From an uncultured virus (IMG/VR IMGVR_UViG_3300028572_000010) (taxonomy: Duplodnaviria > Heunggongvirae > Uroviricota > Caudoviricetes), in the IMG/VR virus record IMGVR_UViG_3300028572_000010, positions 1 through 64,000 of that record: DNA of 64,000 bases; one strand, 5' to 3'. Numbering within the stretch: position 1 is the first letter of the stretch; each line of letters opens with the position of its first letter. Position numbers and translations under genes: made by a program. This document shows positions 57,327 through 64,000 of the stretch, piece after piece. Below the pieces are notes generated by a model. That model saw only the letters and a program-made list of their open reading frames with translations, made no database searches and had not been told where the DNA came from.

Positions 57327-57821
57327 ATGCCAAGCAAATGTAAGGTTGAAGACTGTGATAAAAATGTAAATAGTAATGGATATTGCCAAAAACATTACTA
57401 TAGACTTAAGAAACACGGAACACTAGAATTACCTATAAAACCAGAAAAACCAAAAGTATGTATAAGAGCAGGTTGTAATTTCCCAGTTAAACATTTAGGT
57501 CTCTGTATAACACATTATAATATAGACTATGATGCTAAACCTGAAAATAAATTAAGACGTAGGAATAATGATCTAAAAAGAAGATTTGGTATTACGCTAG
57601 AAGAATATAATAGTCTACTTAAAGCACAAGATAATAAATGTCCTATTTGTGAACAACCATTAGATCTTGTTAATACTAGGCATACCCATCTAGATCATGA
57701 CCACATAACCAGCAAAATACGTGGTGTTTTGCATAGTAAATGTAATCACTTATTAGGATTTGCTTATGAAAATCCACAAACGTTATTAAATGCTATTAAA
57801 TATTTACAAGATAATGAGTAA
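57327..57821 (+). CDS. Endonuclease VII-like homing endonuclease with N-terminal Cys/His fingers
   Basis: FGITLEEY..QDNKCPIC..HLDHDH..IRGVLHSKCN..LG. Confidence 0.85.
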   Translation: MPSKCKVEDCDKNVNSNGYCQKHYYRLKKHGTLELPIKPEKPKVCIRAGCNFPVKHLGLCITHYNIDYDAKPENKLRRRNNDLKRRFGITLEEYNSLLKAQDNKCPICEQPLDLVNTRHTHLDHDHITSKIRGVLHSKCNHLLGFAYENPQTLLNAIKYLQDNE

Positions 57822-58206
57822 TAACCCTATTTGGAATAAAATATATAGAAGCAGGCCTGAAGTTAAACTAAGAATTGCAGCTAGAGGTAAAGAATATAGA
57901 AACCGGCCTGAAATTAAACTACAGTATAGAAATAGTAGGTTAAAAAGACTGTATAATATCACACTAGAAGAATATAATAATATATTAATTAAACAGAAAA
58001 ATATTTGTCCTATATGTAATAAACCTTTAGACTTTACAATATTAAAAAGTATTCATTTAGATCATTCACACAAGACAGGCAAGGTTAGAGGTATTGTGCA
58101 TAACAACTGCAATTATATACTAAGTAGGGCTGATGAGAATATTAACACCCTCACAAATGCTATAAAATATCTACAAAAGCATTCTCCAAGTCTTCTTCTT
58201 TCATAA
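57814..58206 (+). CDS. Endonuclease VII-like homing endonuclease (start revised)
   Basis: YNITLEEY..CPIC..HLDHSHKTGKVRG..CN. Confidence 0.85.
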   Translation: MSNNPIWNKIYRSRPEVKLRIAARGKEYRNRPEIKLQYRNSRLKRLYNITLEEYNNILIKQKNICPICNKPLDFTILKSIHLDHSHKTGKVRGIVHNNCNYILSRADENINTLTNAIKYLQKHSPSLLLS

Positions 58207-58227
58207 TAGTACTTATTATATAATTAA

Positions 58228-58256
58228 TTGACATAACTATATAATTACCTTAAAAT
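58228..58256 (+). promoter_or_regulatory. sigma70-type promoter of the capsid operon
   Basis: TTGACA-N17-TAAAAT. Confidence 0.7.
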
Positions 58257-58347
58257 AATATTAATCTAGTAAGTGGTCGGTTATCTTGACCAGCATAACC
58301 TACTCATCAAAAGAGAACAATTTTAAACCTTATAAAAGGATTTTTAT

Positions 58348-58968
58348 ATGATTAACGTAAGAAAAGGTACAAGTCATTCGCTAGCACAAGCCGATCTTAT
58401 TGGCCCAGCTACTTCAGGCATTTATGCTGGAATGTTATGCCGCATCGATTCAACTACTGGTAGTATTACTGCTGGTGGCTCAGGTTCAAATGGTATTCGT
58501 GGTTTTGCTATCAATAACTCTACAGATGGTGATGTTATTGAGAGTCAGAAAATCGCCCTCTATTCTTTGGATGGAAATACTATTCTTGAAACCGACCAAG
58601 TAGATATTGCTACTGACAGCGTTTCTGTCATTTCACTCACTAACTACCCTGTCGGTACTGCTATTTATGGTAGTACTAATAACCCTGGTCTAGTACAGAA
58701 AACCTCTACTGGTACTTTGGTTGGATGGGTTAGAGACGTTCGGTTCTTGCAATTGTCAACCCCCAGCTCACTTGGTCCTCCTATTGCTGGTGCCGGTTCT
58801 TCACTTACACAGAACTATACATCTGCTACTGAAGCTGCTGACTATGCTGCTTCTAATGCATCAGGTAATACAGCTTTTCCAGCTTATACACCTACTACTA
58901 AATCAAACACTTACAAGGCCCAAATTAATGTCCCTGTTCTGACGATTAAGCTCGCTGCTACCGTCTAA
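58348..58968 (+). CDS. Capsid decoration/cement protein
   Basis: Immediately upstream of the MCP; small-residue beta-rich; YPVGTAIYG..GLV pattern. Confidence 0.55.
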   Translation: MINVRKGTSHSLAQADLIGPATSGIYAGMLCRIDSTTGSITAGGSGSNGIRGFAINNSTDGDVIESQKIALYSLDGNTILETDQVDIATDSVSVISLTNYPVGTAIYGSTNNPGLVQKTSTGTLVGWVRDVRFLQLSTPSSLGPPIAGAGSSLTQNYTSATEAADYAASNASGNTAFPAYTPTTKSNTYKAQINVPVLTIKLAATV

Positions 58969-58987
58969 CCTTAAAGGAAATAATTAT

Positions 58988-59947
58988 ATGTTAGAAAAAA
59001 TTGCTGATATTAAAGTATTCAATAATACTTTTGTTGATATGTTAGAGGGTGGAAATGAAAAGAAAGCAGCTCAATCTGCTCTTACCTTTACTCGTAATAA
59101 ACTCCGTGAAAATTCATTTGCAGAGAAGATCCTTACTCCTATTGACATCGCTAATGATGAACTTGATAAGAGTGAGAATCCTGAATTGCATGTGAAATGG
59201 TGTGATCGTGAACCTGATCAACCTCCGGCAGTTACAGTCCCACTAGGTAACGTTCCAGATGGTTACCAATTCGCTGGTACTCGTTATCCAGTTTACTTCT
59301 CTAGGTTGATGAGTCCTGTGTTCCAGAAAGATATTGATAAACTTCGTGGTTATGATTACGATATTCGCCAAATCTTGCTTGAAAACAGTACTAAAGACTT
59401 GGCTACTGAACTTGATAGTAAGCTCTTGGAAAAGGTTAACAGTATCCTTGGTGTAGCTAATACTGCTAACTCCTTTACTGCTACTGGTCTGCCTAGCTAT
59501 ATTACCTTGAGTGGTGGTATTACTAGAACAAACTTTATTGAAGCAGTTAAAGCGTTCCAGAGATTGCGCGTTCCCTTCGGACCGCTCCAACCTGATGGTG
59601 CTTCTAGTAAGGGTGTTATGCTTGCTAACAACGTAACTATGGCTGACTTCTTGAAGTTTGAACGTAGTGAAGTTGGTGGTGATGAAGCTGAACGTGCTTA
59701 TTTAGAGGGTACTCCTCCTCCTTCTATTCTCGGTATCAAGACTATCATGACTATTAAACGTGAATTGGTTCCTGATGGTACTATCTACTTCTTCAGTTCT
59801 GAGGAATTTCTAGGCAAATACTTCCGTCTCCAACCGTTAACAGTATTTATGGAGACTAAGGCGTTTTTCCTACAGTTCTTCCAGTACTTGAACGTGGGCA
59901 TGAGTATAGGTGGACCAAAAGGTGCTTTCCGTGTTGATTTTGTATAA
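58988..59947 (+). CDS. Major capsid protein (HK97-fold)
   Basis: 319 aa; RNKLRENSFAEKIL..REPD..SPVFQKDIDKL..YDIRQ..KDLATELD; highly expressed-type codon use; strong terminator follows. Confidence 0.75.
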   Translation: MLEKIADIKVFNNTFVDMLEGGNEKKAAQSALTFTRNKLRENSFAEKILTPIDIANDELDKSENPELHVKWCDREPDQPPAVTVPLGNVPDGYQFAGTRYPVYFSRLMSPVFQKDIDKLRGYDYDIRQILLENSTKDLATELDSKLLEKVNSILGVANTANSFTATGLPSYITLSGGITRTNFIEAVKAFQRLRVPFGPLQPDGASSKGVMLANNVTMADFLKFERSEVGGDEAERAYLEGTPPPSILGIKTIMTIKRELVPDGTIYFFSSEEFLGKYFRLQPLTVFMETKAFFLQFFQYLNVGMSIGGPKGAFRVDFV

Positions 59948-59978
59948 TAATAATTCCCTTTAAAATTAAGGGTTTCAT

Positions 59979-60020
59979 AGGCCTTCTACTTTCACTAGTA
60001 GGAGGCCTTCTTCTTTCATT
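59979..60020 (+). terminator. Rho-independent terminator after the MCP
   Basis: AGGCCTTCTACT-N6-AGTAGGAGGCCT followed by TCTTCTTTCATTT. Confidence 0.75.
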
Positions 60021-60061
60021 TCTTACTTGACAATTTATTTCTTTCTGATAAGGTAGTAAAC

Positions 60062-60499
60062 ATGAATAAACAGTGTACTCAGTGTAAATTAACTAAAGAT
60101 ATATCAGCATTCTATATTAGAAAGAAAGGAATACGTAAAGGCAAACCTAGAGCTAGTTGTATACTATGTGATAAACAATACAGAATAGCTCATAAATATA
60201 CTACTATAGCTAAATGGAAAGAGAAAAATCCTGATTATGATAGAAGAAGAGATTTAAAAAGAAAATTTAATATAACATTAGAAAAATATAATGACATACT
60301 ACAATTGCAAAATAATAAGTGTGCTATATGTGGTAAAGATGCTTCTACTTTTAAAGTTAATCTAAGTGTTGATCATAACCACACTACTAATAAAGTAAGA
60401 GGTTTGCTCTATATTGACTGTAATTTTGGGCTTGGGCAATTCAAAGACAGTATAACTAATCTAAATAACGCTATAACCTATCTCCAAAAACATGAATAA
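60062..60499 (+). CDS. Endonuclease VII-like homing endonuclease
   Basis: CTQC..CILC; CAICG..VDHNHTTNKVRGLLYIDCN. Confidence 0.85.
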   Translation: MNKQCTQCKLTKDISAFYIRKKGIRKGKPRASCILCDKQYRIAHKYTTIAKWKEKNPDYDRRRDLKRKFNITLEKYNDILQLQNNKCAICGKDASTFKVNLSVDHNHTTNKVRGLLYIDCNFGLGQFKDSITNLNNAITYLQKHE

Positions 60500-61634
60500 A
60501 CTCTGGACTCTGGAAGAAGAACTACAACTAAAAGACCTATATAGATTTGCCCCTCAAGAAGATCTGGAAGCCTTATTTAACACGACCTGGCCTAGGATAA
60601 AGGATAAAGCTAAGAAACTAGGTAATCTTAATCGTCAAAAAGCTAAAGTAAATATAACTGAACTAATTAACGATTATAATACTGGAATGAAGGTAGCTGA
60701 TATATGGAGTAAACATAATATAACTAATCCTACACTATTAAAGCTATTAAGAGAGAACAATATACCTAAAAGGAATAGAACCTTGAACCCTATACTACCT
60801 ATTAAAACTTGGCTGGAAGAGATAACTAGTTTGACCTTTACCTCTACTAAAGACGCAGATCTATATAATGATGACCTTAAAGTAGGTATAAACTACTGCA
60901 TATTAAAGGATTGCAATGAATCTAAAGGATGTGGGCAAAAGTATAACTACACTAAATATACTAACTGTAAGAATAACAATATACATCTAATTACTATTTT
61001 TGAAGATGAATGGATAAATAGAAATAAGCAGGTAAAAGGTGCTATCTTATCCATGCTAGGTAAGAACTCCCGGATATTCTATGCTAGGAAATGTGAAGTA
61101 CGGATTATCTCCAAAGATATGGGTAATGCATTTTATGACGAAAACCATATACAAGGGAAGAGCTTTTTGAGCTTTGTATTTGCGGGTCTGTATTTTAACA
61201 ATGAGTTGCTAGGAGTTATGAGTTTTGGCAAGCATCATAGAGACATAGGTAAGTTTGTATTAGATAGACTGTGCTTTAAATATGATGTTAATGTTACTGG
61301 TGGGGCTTCGAAATTATTTAAGTTCTTGTTGAATCATACTGGAATTACTGAGTTGATTAGCTGGTCTGATTGTAGGTGGTTCTCGGGTGGAGTATATCCT
61401 AAGCTTGGGTTTGTACTAGAAGATAGTTTGGATGCAGACTACAGCTATGTTAATATTAATAGTAGTAAGATAGTTAGATTATCGAAGCAGTCACAGAAAA
61501 AGGGAAATACAAATTGCCCTGCAGGATTGACTGAGAAACAATGGAGCATTCAGAATGGTTTATATAGAATCTGGGATGTGGGCAAATTACGCTGGGTTTA
61601 TAAGAAGATTGCTGAAGCTGATAAAATACAGTAA
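60492..61634 (+). CDS. Putative homing endonuclease (large-phage IFEDEW / ARKC family)
   Basis: HLITIFEDEW..YARKCEV..NHIQG..GGASKLF..SWSDCR..RIWDVG. Confidence 0.7.
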   Translation: MNKLWTLEEELQLKDLYRFAPQEDLEALFNTTWPRIKDKAKKLGNLNRQKAKVNITELINDYNTGMKVADIWSKHNITNPTLLKLLRENNIPKRNRTLNPILPIKTWLEEITSLTFTSTKDADLYNDDLKVGINYCILKDCNESKGCGQKYNYTKYTNCKNNNIHLITIFEDEWINRNKQVKGAILSMLGKNSRIFYARKCEVRIISKDMGNAFYDENHIQGKSFLSFVFAGLYFNNELLGVMSFGKHHRDIGKFVLDRLCFKYDVNVTGGASKLFKFLLNHTGITELISWSDCRWFSGGVYPKLGFVLEDSLDADYSYVNINSSKIVRLSKQSQKKGNTNCPAGLTEKQWSIQNGLYRIWDVGKLRWVYKKIAEADKIQ

Positions 61635-61719
61635 TATAAGAATAGAATATAAATAATGTTACAATTACTAGATTTATATAAAATGAAAGAAGAGTGCTTG
61701 AATTAACTACAATAATAAT

Positions 61720-62160
61720 ATGGCAATAGCTCAAATTACAGAAACTGATATAAGAACCTTCTGCATGGACCGTAAAGAACTTAACTCTCTCTTACGTGGG
61801 GTTAGATGGTCTACTGAAGATATAGATAATGCCTTGAATCGCTGTACGGATTTTTTTAATGAAACTGCACCTTTTGTAGTATCATTTACTCCTCAAACCT
61901 TTCCTTATAGATACACACTTCTTATAGGTGTGGCAGGGCATCTATTAAGAAGTGCTAGTATAAATGAAGCTAGCAATCAATTAGACTATTCTGCGGATGG
62001 GGTAACTGTTCAAGATAAGAATAAGGCACAGATTTTTGCTAGTATAGGTAATCAATTCTGGGAAGAGTTTAAAGATAAGGTAGTTAATATAAAGATCACT
62101 ATCAATGTAGCTAATGCATTTGGAACTATGCCTTCAGAGTTGATCTATGTAGCTAGATGA
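61720..62160 (+). CDS. Putative head-tail adaptor
   Basis: 146-aa helical protein downstream of the MCP; WSTEDIDNAL..FNETAP. Confidence 0.5.
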   Translation: MAIAQITETDIRTFCMDRKELNSLLRGVRWSTEDIDNALNRCTDFFNETAPFVVSFTPQTFPYRYTLLIGVAGHLLRSASINEASNQLDYSADGVTVQDKNKAQIFASIGNQFWEEFKDKVVNIKITINVANAFGTMPSELIYVAR

Positions 62161-62161
62161 T

Positions 62162-62464
62162 ATGGCTGAATACGATAAGATAGTAGATAATGCTAAAAGT
62201 GGACCTACCACTAATCAAATACTAGGTGATAAGAAGTTTGCATTGAACTTAAGGCAGTGGTGTTGTGAGAAGAAGATTAAATCATCATTAAAGAGACTGT
62301 CTGGTAGTAAGGTTGTGGCTCAGGATCAAATACAGAAAATGATTCACGATAAGATAATGAATAATCCTAACCTATTTATGAGTGGTAGAAGTAAGGGGAA
62401 AACTGCCTGGAATATTACTAAAGAATACTACGATAAATTTACTAGACTAAATGTTAAACACTAA
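62162..62464 (+). CDS. Hypothetical protein
   Basis: 100-aa ORF. Confidence 0.55.
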   Translation: MAEYDKIVDNAKSGPTTNQILGDKKFALNLRQWCCEKKIKSSLKRLSGSKVVAQDQIQKMIHDKIMNNPNLFMSGRSKGKTAWNITKEYYDKFTRLNVKH

Positions 62465-63251
62465 TCCATTCATTAATATACAATTAAGTATAGTTGGAAA
62501 TGTCATTACGGTACAATATGACATTGACCCTTTATTTAATGGCAGGGCACCTTATACTTTTGAACTACTAGCATTTGAAGATGAATCATTTAAAACTACA
62601 CTATATTGTATCCCTAGTACTACTTTCTTTGTAATAGATAATACTAATATTAGGCAGAATCAACTACCTGGATTCTTCTACAAACTAAGGTTAACAGATT
62701 TAAATAAGAAATGTTATTATAGCAATTTCTTTGGCTGGCATCCTTCAGATTCAGTAACTCAACATCACTATCTATTAGCTTCGGAAATTACTAGAAGGGA
62801 ACAGGTAAGATTTAACTATGCTGGACTATATGTTTACTTATTAAAGCGAAAGAACTATGCGACTGACTGTATAGCAGAAACAGATCCTATAACTGGGGAA
62901 CCTATGCTAGATACAGTTAAGACTTTCGGTACTGGTGTGGTAGGTGGATATTATGAACCAGTATTGACTAGGATAAGTATTGAGAACAGGGAAGTTAAAG
63001 AAGATTATGATGCTGCGGGTCGAGGGACACAATTTTCAGAAATGTTGTTAATTAGAAGTGCAGGGTTCCCATATATAGATCAACATGATATAATAGTAAT
63101 GAGAGATGGTAAGAGATTCATAGTAATAGACCCGGCAAATAAATACTTTCCTGGTACTACTATGATATTACTACAATCTCCTACACTAAGATTAATACCA
63201 AGTACTGATACTACACAAAGCATTCAAGTTCCTCCATTTCCAGTTCTATGA
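62451..63251 (+). CDS. Putative neck/head-closure protein
   Basis: FGTGVVGGYY..P..HDIIV..GKRF pattern and gene position. Confidence 0.5.
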   Translation: MLNTNPFINIQLSIVGNVITVQYDIDPLFNGRAPYTFELLAFEDESFKTTLYCIPSTTFFVIDNTNIRQNQLPGFFYKLRLTDLNKKCYYSNFFGWHPSDSVTQHHYLLASEITRREQVRFNYAGLYVYLLKRKNYATDCIAETDPITGEPMLDTVKTFGTGVVGGYYEPVLTRISIENREVKEDYDAAGRGTQFSEMLLIRSAGFPYIDQHDIIVMRDGKRFIVIDPANKYFPGTTMILLQSPTLRLIPSTDTTQSIQVPPFPVL

Positions 63252-63931
63252 GCTACAATATTACCTCAACTGCACTTACCCCTAGTCAAAGACATGGACT
63301 TGAAGTATGTGAACATGATAGATTATTTTTAAATACTATCACCATACCTAGAATAGTATATGAAATAATAAAGAGGTATATGCTCACTAATAAACCTTGT
63401 GATGTAGGTGTCAGGCTAGCTCAAAAATATAGTGCGATAGAAGCTGAGAGTGACATTCTATTAGCTATTGGTTATGATTGGAAACCTAAGACGATGAGTA
63501 AGGTTCCAGCTATCTATGTTCAAAGAGGTGAGGCAGATTTTCAGGCCAAAGTACTGAGACAGGCTATAGCAGGTAATCAACCAGATGGATTAGAGATTAG
63601 AGATGTATTTGTTAAATTACCAGTCATCATTACTTGTGTAGCAGCCGAACCAGTAGAGGTAGTTGAAAACTTAGCTGAATACGTTAAACAACCACTATTA
63701 TATTTTAGACGTACTATTCAACAAGATTTCGGTATTAGAACATTTGAACTAGAAAAGATGTCAGCTCCTGAACTCTTAAAAGAAGGTAAAAACAACTTTT
63801 CCATCCAATTAATGCTTAATGTAACTTATAATGATAGTTGGTCTATTACTAGAAACTCACTGAAAATGAAGCATATATCTATTGAGATTTATAATGCAGT
63901 GCAGGACTTAATAGAAGAGATTTCGTTATAA
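63248..63931 (+). CDS. Putative tail terminator/completion protein
   Basis: KVPAIYVQRG...IITCVA..VENLAE pattern and gene position. Confidence 0.5.
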   Translation: MSYNITSTALTPSQRHGLEVCEHDRLFLNTITIPRIVYEIIKRYMLTNKPCDVGVRLAQKYSAIEAESDILLAIGYDWKPKTMSKVPAIYVQRGEADFQAKVLRQAIAGNQPDGLEIRDVFVKLPVIITCVAAEPVEVVENLAEYVKQPLLYFRRTIQQDFGIRTFELEKMSAPELLKEGKNNFSIQLMLNVTYNDSWSITRNSLKMKHISIEIYNAVQDLIEEISL

Positions 63932-64000
63932 AAAGTAGTTGCCTAAGCCAGTATAACAAGATAATATTATAGTAAGACATTTAAGTAATCTAACAAGAGA

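Noticed and set aside
58270..58300. Pseudoknot or riboswitch in the capsid operon leader (TGGTC/GACCA and GGTTAT/ATAACC)
   Set aside because: The stems are short and the linkers too short for both to form; no known motif recognised.
1..64000. tRNA/rRNA genes, integrase, terminase, portal, DNA polymerase
   Set aside because: No recognisable signatures by eye; tRNAscan-SE and HMM searches would be needed to exclude them formally.

Overview
AT-rich 64-kb segment of a large tailed dsDNA phage genome (jumbo-phage-like). I found no rRNA, tRNA, CRISPR array, terminase, portal or DNA polymerase in it. Layout: (i) 1-16.1 kb, minus strand: tail/fibre-like genes, lysis-like membrane proteins, an RNA polymerase beta N-terminal fragment and Gly-rich putative internal virion proteins. 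(ii) 16.1-27.8 kb: accessory/early region diverging from ~20.77 kb, with an HUH Rep-like gene, Ser/Arg/Gly hexamer-repeat genes flanking an Sm-like gene, an IF2N-LOTUS-CSD fusion and RNase H. (iii) 27.8-64 kb: a GIY-YIG/SNF2 helicase, a fragmented multi-subunit RNA polymerase, many K-x-A-rich head proteins, a prohead protease, a LigD-like ligase, scaffold, decoration protein, major capsid protein and neck genes, plus homing endonucleases and four inteins. The most striking feature is that the beta-prime catalytic DxDGD motif (YGAD|SDGD) is divided between two genes. The divider is an atypically split, Ser1/Ser+1, LAGLIDADG-bearing intein with a 13-aa N-fragment, and a sigma70-type leaderless promoter sits in the break. 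Other candidates: a family of proteins sharing an N-terminal FxxGFxKxA tag on unrelated cargo domains, a non-sigma70 promoter class (ACCCCWCCCC-N24/25-GGTATAAYA-N3-TGA), and a 17-bp motif found at eight gene junctions. All protein assignments are by-eye motif recognition, not database searches.
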